Source of the DNA: Eledone cirrhosa
Taxonomy: Eukaryota
DNA length: 64,000 nt
Assembly: GCA_964016885.1 (NCBI GenBank)
Contig: OZ024744.1
Location: 23,808,001 to 23,872,000 of the forward strand
Direction of reading: 5' to 3'
Shown: piece by piece, positions 40,801 through 55,949 of the stretch
Numbering within the stretch: position 1 is the first letter of the stretch
How the letters are laid out: the number at the start of each line of letters is the position of its first letter
Made by a program: the position numbers and the translations under genes
The notes under the pieces: model-generated
What the model was told of the DNA's origin: nothing
The model's database searches: none
The model's input: the letters and a program-made list of their open reading frames with translations, nothing else

Positions 40801-43800
40801 ACAGTTGAATCTTAAGAACTGACTCGTTTTAACAACAGTTGAATCTTAAGATAAACCTCGTTTTAACAACAGTTTAATCTTAAGAACTGACTCGTTTTAA
40901 CAACAGTTGAATCTTAAGATAAAATTCGTTTTAACAACAGTTGAATCTTAAGAACTGATTCGTTTTAACAACAGTTCAAACTTAAGAACTGACTCGTTTT
41001 AACAACAGTTGAATCTTAAGATAAAACTCGTTTTAACAACAGTTGAATCTTAAGAACTGATTCGTATTAACAACAGTTGAATATTAAGATAAAACTCGTT
41101 TTAACAACAGTTAAATCTTAAGAACTGACTCGTTTTAACAACAGTTGAATCTTAAGATAAAACTCGTTTTAACAACAGTTGAATCTTAAGAACTGTCTCG
41201 TTTTAACAACAGTTGAATCTTAAGAACTGACTCGTTTTAACAACAGTTGAATCTTATGATAAAACTCGTTTTAACAACAGTTGAATCTTAAGAACTGACT
41301 CGTTTTAACAACAGTTGAATGTTAAGATAAAACTCGTTTTAACAACAGTTGAATCTTAAGAACTGACTCGTTTAACAACAGTTTAATCTTAAGAACTGAC
41401 TCGTTTTATAAACAGTTCAACCTTAAGAACTGACTCGTTTTAACAACAGTTGAATCTTCAAATAAAACTCGTTTTAGCAACAGTTGAATCTTAAGAACTG
41501 ACTCGTTTTAATAACAGTTGAATCTTAAGATAAAACTCGTTTTAACAACAGTTGAATCTTAAGAACTGACTCGTTTTAACAACAGCTGAATTTTAAGATA
41601 AAACTCGTTTTAACAACAGTTGAATCTTAATAACTGACTCGTTTTATCAACAGTTCAACCTTAAGAACTGACTCATTTTAACAACATTTGAATCTTCAAA
41701 TAAAACTCGTTTTAACAACAGTTGAATGTTAAGAACTGATTCGTTTTAACAACAGCTGAATCTTAAGATAAACTCGTTTTAACAACAGTTGAATCTTAAG
41801 ATAAACCTCGTTTTAACAACAGTTTAATCTTAAGAACTGACTCGTTTTAACAACAGTTGAATCTTAAGATAAAATTCGTTTTAACAACAGTTGAATCTTA
41901 AGAACTGATTCGTTTTAACAACAGTTCAAACTTAAGAACTGACTCGTTTTAACAACAGTTGAATCTTAAGATAAAACTCGTTTTAACAACAGTTGAATCT
42001 TAAGAACTGATTCGTATTAACAACAGTTGAATATTAAGATAAAACTCGTTTTAACAACAGTTAAATCTTAAGAACTGTCTCGTTTTAACAATAGTTGAAT
42101 CTTAAGAACTGACTCGTTTTAACAACAGTTGAATCTTATGATAAAACTCGTTTTAACAACAGTTGAATCTTAAGAACTGACTCGTTTTAACAACAGTTGA
42201 ATCTTAAGAACTGACTCGTTTTATAAACAGTTCAACCTTAAGAACTGACTCGTTTTAACAACAGTTGAATCTTCAAATAAAACTCGTTTTAACAACAGTT
42301 GAATATTAAGAACTGACTCGTTTTAACAGCAGTTGAATCTTAATATAAAACTCGTTTTAACAACAGTTGAATCTTAAGATAAAACTTGTTTTAACAACAG
42401 TTGAATCGTAAGAACTGACTCGTTTTAATAACAGTTGAATCTTAAGATAGAACTCGTTTTAACAACAGTTGAATCTTAAGAACTGACTCGTTTTAACAAC
42501 AGCTGAATTTTAAGATAAAACTCGTTTTAACAACAGTTGAATCTTAAGAACTGACTCGTTTTATCAACAGTTCAACCTTAAGAACTGACTCATTTTAATA
42601 ACAGTTGAATCTTCAAATAAAACTCGTTTTAACAACAGTTCAATGTTAAGAACTGAATCGTTTTAACAACAGCTGAATCTTAAGATAAACTCGTTTTAAC
42701 AACAGTTGAATCTTAAGATAAACCTCGTTTTAACATCAGTTTAATCTTAAGAACTGAATCGTTTTAACAACAGTTGAATCTTAAGATAAAATTCGTTTTA
42801 ACAATAGTTGAATCTTAAGAACTGATTCGTTTTAACAACAGTTCAAACTTAAGAACTGACTCGTTTTAACAACAGCTGAATCTTAAGAACTGATTCGTAT
42901 TAACAACAGCTGAATCTTAAGATAAACTCGTTTTAACAACAGTTGAATCTTAAGATAAAACTCGTTTTAACTACAGTTGAATCTTAAGAACTGACTCGTT
43001 TTAACAACAGCTGAATCTTAAGATAAACCTCGTTTTAACAACAGTTGTATCTTAAGAACTGATTCGTTTTAACAACAGATGAATCTTAAGATAAACCTCG
43101 TTTTAACAACAGTTGAATCTTGAGAACTGGCTCGTTTAAACAACAGTTGAATCTTAAGATAAAACTCGTTTTAACAACAGTTGAATCTTAAGAACTGACT
43201 CGTTTTAACAACAGTTGAATATTAAGATAAAACTCGTTTTAACAACAGTTGAATCTTAAGAACTGACTCGTTTTAACAACAGCTGAATCTTAAGATAAAA
43301 CTCGTATTAACAACAGTTGAATCTTAAGAACTGACTCGTTTTATCAACAGTTCAACCTTAAGAACTGACTCGTTTTAACAACAGTTGAATCTTCAAATAA
43401 AACTCGTTTTAACAACAGTTGAATCTAAAGAACTGACTCGTTTTAACAACAGTTGAATCTTAAGATAAAACTCGTTTTAACAACAGTTGAATCTTGAGAA
43501 CTGGCTCGTTTAAACAACAGTTGAATCTTAAGAACTGACTCGTTTTAACAACAGTTGAATCTTAAGAACTGACTCGTTTTAACAACAGTTGAATCTTAAG
43601 ATAAAACTCGTTTTAACAACAGTTGAATCTTAAGAACTGACTCGTTTTAACAACAGCTGAATCTTAAGATAAAACTCGTATTAACAACAGTTGAATCTTA
43701 AGAACTGACTCGTTTTATCAACAGTTCAACCTTAAGAACTGACTCGTTTTAACAACAGTTGAATCTTCAAATAAAACTCGTTTTAACAACAGTTGAATCT

Positions 43801-46800
43801 AAAGAACTGACTCGTTTTAACAACAGCTGAATCTTAAGATTAAACTCGTTTTAACAACAGTTGAATCTTAAGACAAAACCCGTTTTAACAACAGTTCAAT
43901 CTTAAGAACTTTCTCGTTTTAACAACAGTTGAATCTTAAGATAAACCTCGTTTTAACAACAGTTTAATCTTAAGAACTGACTCGTTTTAACAACAGTTGA
44001 ATCCTAAGATAAAATTCGTTTTAACAACAGTTGAATCTTAAGAACTGACTCGTTTTATAAACAGTTCAACCTAAAGAACTGACTCGTTTTAACAACTGTT
44101 GAATCTTCAAATAAAACTCGTTTTAACGACAGTTGAATATTAAGAACTGACTCGTTTTATCAACAGTTCAACCTTAAGAACTGACTCATTTTAACAAAAG
44201 TTGAATCTTCAAATAAAACTCGTTTTAACAACAGTTCACTGTTAAGAACTAATTCGTTTTAACAACAGCTGAATCTGAAGATAAAACTCGTTTTAACAAC
44301 AGTTGAATCTTAAGATAAAACTCGTTTTAACAACAGTTGAATCTTAAGAACTGACTCGTTTTAACAACAGCTGAATTTTAAGATAAAACTCGTTTTAACA
44401 ACAGTTGAATCTTAAGAACTGACTCGTTTTATCAACAGTTCAACCTTAAGAACTGACTCATTTTAACAAAAGTTGAATCTTAAAATAAAACTCGTTTTAA
44501 CAACAGTTGAATCTTAAGAACTGACTCGTTTTAACAACAGTTGAATCTTAAGATAAAACTCGTTTTAACAACAGTTGAATCTTAAGAACTGTCTCGTTTT
44601 AACAACAGTTGAATCTTAAGAACTGACTCGTTTTAACAACAGTTGAATCTTAAGAACTGACTCGTTTTAACAACAGTTGAATCTTAAGAACTGACTCGAT
44701 TTATAAACAGTTCAACCTTAAGAACTGACTCGTTTTAACAACAGTTGAATCTTCAAATAAAACTCGTTTTAACAACAGTTGAATATTAAGAACTGACTCG
44801 TTTTAACAGCAGTTGAATCTTAATATAAAACTCGTTTTAACAACAGTTGAATCTTAATATAAAACTCGTTTTAACAACAGTTGAATCTTAAGAACTGACT
44901 CGTTTTAATAACAGTTGAATCTTAAGATAGAACTCGTTTTAACAACAGTTGAATCTTAAGAACTCACTCGTTTTATCAACAGTTCAACCTTAAGAACTGA
45001 CTCATTTTAACAACAGTTGAATCTTCAAATAAAACTCGTTTTAACAACAGTTGAATCTTAAGAACTGATTCGTTTTAACAACAGCTGAATCTTAAGATAA
45101 ACTCGTTTTAACAACAGTTGAATCTTAAGATAAAATTCGTTTTAACAACAGTTGAATCTTAAGAACTGACTCGTTTTAACATCAGCTAAATCTTAAGATA
45201 AAACTCGTTTTAACAACAGTTGAATCTTAAGAACTAACTCGTGTTAACAACAGTTGAATCTTAAGATAAAACTCGTTTTAACAACAGTTGAATCTTAAGA
45301 ACTGTCTCGTTTTAACAACAGTTGAATCTTAAGAACTGACTCGTTTTAACAACAGTTGAATCTTATGATAAAACTCTTTTTAACAACAGTTGAATCTTAA
45401 GATAAAACTCGTTTTAACAACAGTTGAATCTTAAGAACTGACTCGTTTTAACAACAGTTTAATCTTAAGAACTGACTCGTTTTATAAACAGTTCAACCTT
45501 AAGAACTGACTCGTTTTAACAACAGTTGAATCTTCAAATAAAACTCGTTTTAACAACAGTTGAATATTAAGAACTGACTCGTTTTAACAGCAGTTGAATC
45601 TTAATATAAAACTCGTTTTAACAACAGTTGAATCTTAAGAACTGACTCGTTTTAATAACAGTTGAATCTTAAGATAAAACTCGTTTTAACAACAGTTGAA
45701 TCTTAATAACTGACTCGTTTTATCAACAGTTCAACCTTAAGAACTGACTCATTTTAACAACATTTGAATCTTCAAATAAAACTCGTTTTAACAACAGTTG
45801 AATGTTAAGAACTGATTCGTTTTAACAACAGCTGAATCTTAAGATAAACTCGTTTTAACAACAGTTGAATCTTAAGATAAACCTCGTTTTAACAACAGTT
45901 TAATCTTAAGAACTGACTCGTTTTAACAACAGTTGAATCTTAAGATAAAATTCGTTTTAACAACAGTTGAATCTTAAGAACTGATTCGTTTTAACAACAG
46001 TTCAAACTTAAGAACTGACTCGTTTTAACAACAGTTGAATCTTAAGATAAAACTCGTTTTAACAACAGTTGAATCTTAAGAACTGATTCGTATTAACAAC
46101 AGTTGAATATTAAGATAAAACTCGTTTTAACAACAGTTAAATCTTAAGAACTGACTCGTTTTAACAACAGTTGAATCTTAAGATAAAACTCGTTTTAACA
46201 ACAGTTGAATCTTAAGAACTGTCTCGTTTTAACAACAGTTGAATCTTAAGAACTGACTCGTTTTAACAACAGTTGAATCTTATGATAAAACTCGTTTTAA
46301 CAACAGTTGAATCTTAAGAACTGACTCGTTTTAACAACAGTTGAATCTTAAGATAAAACTCGTTTTAACAACAGTTGAATCTTAAGAACTGACTCGTTTA
46401 ACAACAGTTTAATCTTAAGAACTGACTCGTTTTATAAACAGTTCAACCTTAAGAACTGACTCGTTTTAACAACAGTTGAATCTTCAAATAAAACTCGTTT
46501 TAGCAACAGTTGAATCTTAAGAACTGACTCGTTTTAATAACAGTTGAATCTTAAGATAAAACTCGTTTTAACAACAGTTGAATCTTAAGAACTGACTCGT
46601 TTTAACAACAGCTGAATTTTAAGATAAAACTCGTTTTAACAACAGTTGAATCTTAATAACTGACTCGTTTTATCAACAGTTCAACCTTAAGAACTGACTC
46701 ATTTTAATAACATTTGAATCTTCAAATAAAACTCGTTTTAACAACAGTTGAATGTTAAGAACTGATTCGTTTTAACAACAGCTGAATCTTAAGATAAACT

Positions 46801-49800
46801 CGTTTTAACAACAGTTGAATCTTAAGATAAACCTCGTTTTAACAACAGTTTAATCTTAAGAACTGACTCGTTTTAACAACAGTTGAATCTTAAGATAAAA
46901 TTCGTTTTAACAACAGTTGAATCTTAAGAACTGATTCGTTTTAACAACAGTTCAAACTTAAGAACTGACTCGTTTTAACAACAGTTGAATCTTAAGATAA
47001 AACTCGTTTTAACAACAGTTGAATCTTAAGAACTGATTCGTATTAACAACAGTTGAATATTAAGATAAAACTCGTTTTAACAACAGTTAAATCTTAAGAA
47101 CTGTCTCGTTTTAACAATAGTTGAATCTTAAGAACTGACTCGTTTTAACAACAGTTGAATCTTATGATAAAACTCGTTTTAACAACAGTTGAATCTTAAG
47201 AACTGACTCGTTTTAACAACAGTTGAATCTTAAGAACTGACTCGTTTTATAAACAGTTCAACCTTAAGAACTGACTCGTTTTAACAACAGTTGAATCTTC
47301 AAATAAAACTCGTTTTAACAACAGTTGAATATTAAGAACTGACTCGTTTTAACAGCAGTTGAATCTTAATATAAAACTCGTTTTAACAACAGTTGAATCT
47401 TAAGATAAAACTTGTTTTAACAACAGTTGAATCGTAAGAACTGACTCGTTTTAATAACAGTTGAATCTTAAGATAGAACTCGTTTTAACAACAGTTGAAT
47501 CTTAAGAACTGACTCGTTTTAACAACAGCTGAATTTTAAGATAAAACTCGTTTTAACAACAGTTGAATCTTAAGAACTGACTCGTTTTATCAACAGTTCA
47601 ACCTTAAGAACTGACTCATTTTAACAACAGTTGAATCTTCAAATAAAACTCGTTTTAACAACAGTTGAATGTTAAGAACTGAATCGTTTTAACAACAGCT
47701 GAATCTTAAGATAAACTCGTTTTAACAACAGTTGAATCTTAAGATAAACCTCGTTTTAACATCTGTTTAATCTTAAGAACTGAATCGTTTTAACAACAGT
47801 TGAATCTTAAGATAAAATTCGTTTTAACAATAGTTGAATCTTAAGAACTGATTTTTTTTTAACAACAGTTCAAACTTAAGAACTGACTCGTTTTAACAAC
47901 AGCTGAATCTTAAGAACTGATTCGTTTTAACAACAGCTGAATCTTAAGATAAACTCGTTTTAACAACAGTTGAATCTTAAGATAAAATTCGTTTTAACAA
48001 CAGTTGAATCTTAAGAACTGACTCGTTTTAACAACAGTTGAATCTTAAGATAAACCTCGTTTTAACAACAGTTGTATCTTAAGAACTGATTCGTTTTAAC
48101 AACAGATGAATCTTAAGATAAACCTCGTTTTAACAACAGTTGAATCTTGAGAACTGGCTCGTTTAAACAACAGTTGAATCTTAAGATAAAACTCGTTTTA
48201 ACAACAGTTGAATCTTAAGAACTGTCTCGTTTTAACGACAGTTGAATCTTAAGAACTGACTCGTTTTAACAACAGCTGAATCTTAAGATTAAACTCGTTT
48301 TAACAACAGTTGAATCTTAAGACAAAACCCGTTTTAACAACAGTTCAATCTTAAGAACTTTCTCGTTTTAACAACAGTTGAATCTTAAGATAAACCTCGT
48401 TTTAACAACAGTTTAATCTTAAGAACTGACTCGTTTTAACAACAGTTGAATCCTAAGATAAAATTCGTTTTAACAACAGTTGAATCTTAAGAACTGACTC
48501 GTTTTATAAACAGTTCAACCTAAAGAACTGACTCGTTTTAACAACTGTTGAATCTTCAAATAAAACTCGTTTTAACAACAGTTGAATATTAAGAACTGAC
48601 TCGTTTTAACAGCAGTTGAATCTTAATCTAAAACTCGTTTTAATAACAGTTGAATCTTAAGATAAAACTCGTTTTAACAACAGTTTAATCTTAAGAACTG
48701 ACTCGTTTTAACAACAGTTGAATTTTAAGATAAAACTCGTTTTAACAACAGTTGAATCTTAAGAACTGACTCGTTTTATCAACAGTTCAACCTTAAGAAC
48801 TGACTCATTTTAACAAAAGTTGAATCTTCAAATAAAACTCGTTTTAACAACAGTTCACTGTTAAGAACTAATTCGTTTTAACAACAGCTGAATCTTAAGA
48901 TAAAACTCGTTTTAACAACAGTTGAATCTTAAGATAAAACTCGTTTTAACAACAGTTGAATCTTAAGAACTGACTCGATTTAATAACAGTTGAATCTTAA
49001 GATAAAACTCGTTTTAACAACAGTTGAATCTTAAGAACTGACTCGTTTTAACAACAGCTGAATTTTAAGATAAAACTCGTTTTAACAACAGTTGAATCTT
49101 AAGAACTGACTCGTTTTATCAACAGTTCAACCTTAAGAACTGACTCATTTTAACAAAAGTTGAATCTTAAAATAAAACTCGTTTTAACAACAGTTGAATC
49201 TTAAGAACTGACTCGTTTTAACAACAGTTGAATCCTAAGATAAAACTCGTTTTAACAACAGTTGAATCTTAAGAACTGTCTCGTTTTAACAACAGTTGAA
49301 TCTTAAGAACTAACTCGTTTTAACAACAGTTTAATCTTAAGAACTGACTCGTTTTAACAACAGTTGAATATTAAGAACTGACTCGTTTTAACAGCAGTTG
49401 AATCTTAATATAAAACTCGTTTTAACAACAGTTGAATCTTAATATAAAACTCGTTTTAACAACAGTTGAATCTTAAGAACTGACTCGTTTTAATAACAGT
49501 TGAATCTTAAGATAGAACTCGTTTTAACAACAGTTGAATCTTAAGAACTCACTCGTTTTATCAACAGTTCAACCTTAAGAACTGACTCATTTTAACAACA
49601 GTTGAATCTTCAAATAAAACTCGTTTTAACAACAGTTGAATCTTAAGAACTGATTCGTTTTAACAACAGCTGAATCTTAAGATAAACTCGTTTTAACAAC
49701 AGTTGAATCTTAAGATAAAATTCGTTTTAACAACAGTTGAATCTTAAGAACTGACTCGTTTTAACAACAGTTGAATCTTAAGATAAAACTCGTTTTAACA
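34900..49800 (+). repeat. Three tandem copies of a ~5.1-kb higher-order unit (~150 monomers) with monomer-scale indels
   Basis: Markers CAT-CAGCTAAATC at 34961/40021/45183, GAATCGTAAG at 37071/42403/47429, AGTTCACTGT at 39071/44233/48852 and GACTCGATTTATAAAC at 39531/44693. Confidence 0.85.
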
Positions 49801-52800
49801 ACAGCTGAATCTTAAGATAAACTCGTTTTAACAACAGTTGAATCTTAAGATAAACCTCGTTTTAACAACAGTTTAATCTTAAGAACTGACTCGTTTTAAC
49901 AACAGTTGAACCTCATATAACATTCGTTTTAACAACAGTTGAATCTTAAGAACTGATTCGTTTTAACAACAGTTCAAACTTAAGAACTGACTTGTTTTAA
50001 CAACAGCTGAATCTTAAGATGAAACTCGTTTTAACAACAGTTGAATCTTAAGAACTGACTCGTTTTATCAACAGTTCAACCTTAAGAACTGACTCATTTT
50101 AACAACAGTTGAATCTTCAAATAAAACTCGTTTTAACAACAGTTGAATCTTAAGAACTGATTCGTTTTAACAACAGCTGAATCTTAAGATAAACTCGTTT
50201 TAACAACAGTTGAATCTTAAGATAAAATTCGTTTTAACAACAGTTGAATCTTAAGAACTGACTCGTTTTAACAACAGTTGAATCTTAAGATAAAACTCGT
50301 TTTAACAACAGTTGAATCTTAAGAACTGACTCGTTTTATCAACAGTTCAACCTTAAGAACTGACTCGTTTTAACAACAGTTGAATCTTCAAATAAAACTC
50401 GTTTTAACAACAGTTGAATCTAAAGAACTGACTCGTTTTAACAACAGTTGAATCTTAAGATAAAACTCGTTTTAACAACAGTTGAATCTTAAGAACTGAC
50501 TCATTTTAACAACAGTTGAATCGTAAGATAAAACACGTTTTAACAACAGTTGAATCTTAAGACAAAACCCGTTTTAACAACAGTTGAATCTTAAGAACTG
50601 TCTCGTTTTAACGACAGTTGAATCTTAAGAACTGACTCGTTTTAACAGCAGTTGAATCTTAATATAAAACTCGTTTTAACAACAGTTGAATCTGAAGATA
50701 AAACTCGTTTTAACAACAGTTGAATCTTAAGAACTGACTCGTTTTAATAACAGTTGAATCTTAAGATAAAACTCGTTTTAACAACAGTTGAATCTTAAGA
50801 ACTGACTCGTTTTAACAACAGTTGAATCTTAAGAACTGACTCGTTTTATCAACAGTTCAACCTTAAGAACTGACTCATTTTAACAACAGTTGAATCTTCA
50901 AATAAAACTCGTTTTAACAACAGTTGAATCTTCAGATAAAACTCGTTTTAACTACAGTTGAATCTTAAGAACTGACTCGTTTTAACAACAGCTGAATCTT
51001 AAGATAAAACTCGTTTTAACAACGGTTGAATCTTAAGAACTGACTCGTTTTAACAACAGCTGAATCTTAAGATAAAACTCGTATTAACAACAGTTGAATA
51101 TTAAGAACTGACACGTTTTATCAACAGTTCAACCTTAAGAACTGACTCGTTTTAACAACAGTTGAATCTTCAAATAAAACTCGTTTTAACAACAGTTGAA
51201 TCTAAAGAACTGACTCGTTTTAACAACAGTTGAATCTTAAGATAAAACTCGTTTTAACAACAGTTGAATCTTAAGAACTGACTCATTTTAACAACAGTTG
51301 AATCTTAAGATACAACTCGTTTTAACAATAGCTGAATCTTAAGATTAATCTCGTTTTAACAACAGTTGAATCTTAAGACAAAACCCGTTTTAACAACAGC
51401 TGAATCTTAAGATAAAACTCGTATTAACAACAGTTGAATCTTAAGAATTGACTCGTTTTAACAACAGTTCAAACTTAAGAACTGACTCGTGTTAACAACA
51501 GCTGAATCTTAAGATGAAACTCGTTTTAACAACAGTTGAATCTTAAGAACTGATTCGTTTTAACAACAGCTGAATCTTAAGATAAACTCGTTTTAACAAC
51601 AGTTGAATCTTAAGATAAAACTTGTTTTAACAACAGTTGTATCTTAAGAACTGATTCGTTTTAACAACAGATGAATCTTAAGATAATCCTCGTTTTAACA
51701 ACAGTTGCATCTTGAGAACTGGCTCGTTTAAACAACAGTTGAATCTTAAGATAAAACTCGTTTTAACAACAGTTGAATCTTAAGAACTGACTCGTTTTAA
51801 CAACAGTTGAATCTTAAGATAAAACTCGTTTTAACAACAGTTGAATCTTAAGAACTGACTCATTTTAACAACAGCTGAATCTTAAGATAAATCTCGTTTT
51901 AACAACAGCTGAATCTTAAGATTAAACTCGTTTTAACAACAGTTGAATCTTAAGACAAAACCCGTTTTAACAACAGTTGAATCTTAAGAACTGTCTCGTT
52001 TTAACGACAGTTGAATCTTAAGAACTGACTCGTTTTAACAACAGCTGAATCTTAAGATTAAACTCGTTTTAACAACAGTTGAATCTTAAGACAAAACCCG
52101 TTTTAACAACAGTTGAATCTTAAGAACTGTCTCGTTTTAACAACAGTTGAATCTTAAGATAAACCTCGTTTTAACAACAGTTTAATCTTAAGAACTGACT
52201 CGTTTTAACAACAGTTGAAAATTAATCTAAAACTCGTTTTAATAACAGTTGAAGCTTAAGATAAAACTCGTTTTAACAACAGTTGAATCTTAAGAACTTA
52301 CTCGTGTTAACAACAGGTGAATTTTAAGATAAAACTCGTTTTAACAACTGTTGAATCTTAAGAACTGACTCGTTTTATCAACAGTTCAACCTTAAGAACT
52401 GACTCATTTTAACAAAAGTTGAATCTTCAAATAAAACTCGTTTTAACAACAGTTGAATGTTAAGAACTGATTCGTTTTAACAACAGCTGAATCTTAAGAT
52501 AAACTCGTTTTAACAACAGTTGAATCTTAAGATAAACCTCGTTTTAACAACAGTTTAATCTTAAGAACTGACTCGTTTTAACAACAGTTGAATCTTAAGA
52601 TAAAACTCGTTTTAACAACAGTTGAATCTTAAGATAAAACTCGTTTTAACAACAGTTGAATCTTAAGAACTGACTCGTTTTAATAACAGTTGAATCTTAA
52701 GATAAAACTCGTTTTAACAACAGTTCAATCTTAAGAACTGACTCGTTTTAACAACAGCTGAAGTTTAAGATAAAACTCGTTTTAACAACAGTTGAATCTT

Positions 52801-55800
52801 AAGAACTGACTCGTTTTATCAACAGTTCAACCTTAAGAACTGACTCATTTTAACAACAGTTGAATCTTCAAATAAAACTCGTTTTAACAACAGTTGAATC
52901 TTAAGAACTGATTCGTTTTAACAACAGCTGAATCTTAAGATAAACTCGTTTTAACAACAGTTGAATGTTAAGATAAAATTCGTTTTAACAACAGTTTAAT
53001 CTTAAGAACTGACTCGTTTTAACAACAGTTGAATCTTAAGATAAAATTCGTTTTAACAACAGTTGCATCTTAAGAACTGACTCGTTTTAACAACAGTTGA
53101 ATCTTAAGATAAAATTCGTTTTAACAACAGTTGCATCTTAAGAACTGGCTCGTTTAAACAACAGTTGAATCTTAAGGTAAAACTCGTTTTAACAACAGTT
53201 GAATCTTAAGAACTGACTCGTTTTAACAACAGTTAATTCTTAAGATAAAACTCGTTTTAACAACAGTTGAATCTTAAGAACTGACTCGTTTTATCAACAG
53301 TTCAACCTTAAGAACTGAATGGTTTTAACAACAGTTGAATCTACAAATAAAACTCGTTTTAACAACAGTTGAATCTAAAGAACTGACTCGTTTTAACAAC
53401 AGTTGAATCTTAAAATAAAACTCGTTTTAACAACAGTTGAATCTTAAGAACTGACTCATTTTAACAACAGTTGAATCTTAAGATAAAACTCGTTTTAACA
53501 ACAGCTGAATCTTAAGATTAAACTCGTTTTAACAACAGTTGAATCTTAAGACAAAACCCGTTTTAACAACAGTTGAATCTTAAGAACTGTCTCGTTTTAA
53601 CGACAGTTGAATCCTAAGAACTGACTCATTTTAACAACAGTTGAATCTTCAAATAAAACTCGTTTTAACAACAGTTGGATCTTAAGAACTGATTCGTTTT
53701 AACAACAGCTGAATCTTAAGATAAACTCGTTTTAACAACAGTTGAATCTTAAGATAAAACTCGTTTTAACTACAGTTGAATCTTAAGAACTGACTCGTTT
53801 TAACAACAGCTGAATCTTAAGATAAAACTCGTTTTAACAACAGTTGAATCTTAAGAACTGATTCGTTTTAACAACAGATGAATCTTAAGATAAACCTCGT
53901 TTTATCAACAGTTGCATCTTAAGAACTGGCTCGTTGAAACAACAGTTGAATTTTAAGATAAAACTCGTTTTAACAACAGTTGAATCTTAAGAACTGACTC
54001 GTTTTATCAACAGTTCAACCTTAAGAACTGACTCATTTTAACAACAGTTGAATCTTCAAATAAAACTCGTATTAACAACAGTTGAATCTTAAGAACTGAC
54101 TCGTTTTATCAACAGTTCAACCTTAAGAACTGACTCGTTTTAACAACAGTTGAATCTTCAAATAAAACTCGTTTTAACAACAGTTGAATCTAAAGAACTG
54201 ACTCGTTTTAACAACAGTTGAATCTTAAGATAAAACTCGTTTTAACAACAGTTGAATCTTAAGAACTGACTCATTTTAACAACAGTTGAATCTTAATATA
54301 AAACTCGTTTTAACAACAGCTGAATCTTAAGATTAAACTCGTTTTAACAACAGTTGAATCTTAAGACGAAACCCGTTTTAACAACAGTTGAATCTTAAGA
54401 ACTGTCTCGTTTTAACGACAGTTGAATCTTAAGAACTGACTCGTTTTAACAACAGCTGAATCTTAAGATTAAACTCGTTTTAACAACAGTTGAATCTTAA
54501 GACAAAACCCGTTTTAACAACATTTGAATCTTAAGAACTGTCTCGTTTTAGCGACAGTTGAATCTTAAGAACTGACTCGTTTTAACAGCAGTTGAATCTT
54601 AATATAAAACTCGTTTTAACAACAGTTGAATCTTAAGATAAAACTCGTTTTAACAACAGTTGAATCTTAAGAACTAACTCGTTTTAACAACAGTTGAATC
54701 TTAAGATAAAACTCGTTTTAACAACAGTTGAATCTTAAGAACTGACTCGTTTTAACAACAGCTGAATCTTAAGATAAAACTCGTATTAACAACAGTTGAA
54801 TCTTAAGAACTGACACGTTTTATCAACAGTTCAACCTTAAGAACTGACTCGTTTTAACAACAGTTGAATCTTCAAATAAAACTCGTTTTAACAACAGTTG
54901 AATCTAAAGAACTGACTCGTTTTAACAACAGTTGAATCTTAAGATAAAACTCGTTTTAACAACAGTTGAATCTTAAGAACTGACTCATTTTAACAACAGT
55001 TGAATCTTAAGATACAACTCGTTTTAACAACAGCTGAATCTTAAGATTAATCTCGTTTTAACAACAGTTGAATCTTAAGACAAAACCCGTTTTAACAACA
55101 GTTGAATCTTAAGAACCGTCTCGATTTAACGACAGTTGAATCTTAAGAACTGACTCGTTTTAACAACAGCTGGATCTTAAGATTAAACTCGTTTTAACAA
55201 CAGTTGAATCTTAAGACAAAACCCGTTTTAACAACAGTTGAATCTTAAGAACTGTCTCGTTTTAACAACAGTTGAATCTTAAGATAAACCTCGTTTTAAC
55301 AACAGTTTAATCTTAAAAACTGACTCGTTTTAACAACAGTTGAATCTTAAGATAAAATTCGTTTTAACAACAGTTGAATCTTAAGAACTGATTCGTTTTA
55401 ACAACAGTTCAAACTTAAGAACTGACTCGTTTTAACAACAGTTGAATCTTATGATAAAACTCATTTTAACAACAGTTGAATCTTAAGAACTGATTCGTTT
55501 TAACAACAGTTCAAACTTAAGAACTGATTCGTTTTAACAACAGATGAATCTTAAGATAAACCTTGTTTTAACAACAGTTGAATCTTAAGAACTGTCTCGA
55601 TTTAACGACAGTTGAATCTTAAGAACTGACTCGTTTTAACAACAGTTGAATCTTAAGATAAAACTCGTTTTAAAATCAGTTGAATCTTAAGAACTGACTA
55701 ATTTTAACAACAGCTGAATCTTAAGATAAAACTCGTTTTAACAACAGTTGAATCTTAAGAACTGACTCGTTTTAACGACAGTTGAATCTTATGATAAAAC

Positions 55801-55949
55801 TCATTTTAACAACAGTTGAATGTTAAGATAAAACTCGTTTTAACAACAGTTGAATCTTAAGAACTGACTCTTTTTAACAACAGTTGAATGTTAAGATAAA
55901 ACTCGTTTTAACAACAGTTGAATCTTAAGAACTGACTCGTTTTAACAAC

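Noticed and set aside
47851-47860. T9 run replacing TTCGTTTT
   Set aside because: It is a single occurrence, with homologous copies reading TTCG or TTGG. It is a local mutation or base-calling error, not a terminator or poly(A) insertion.
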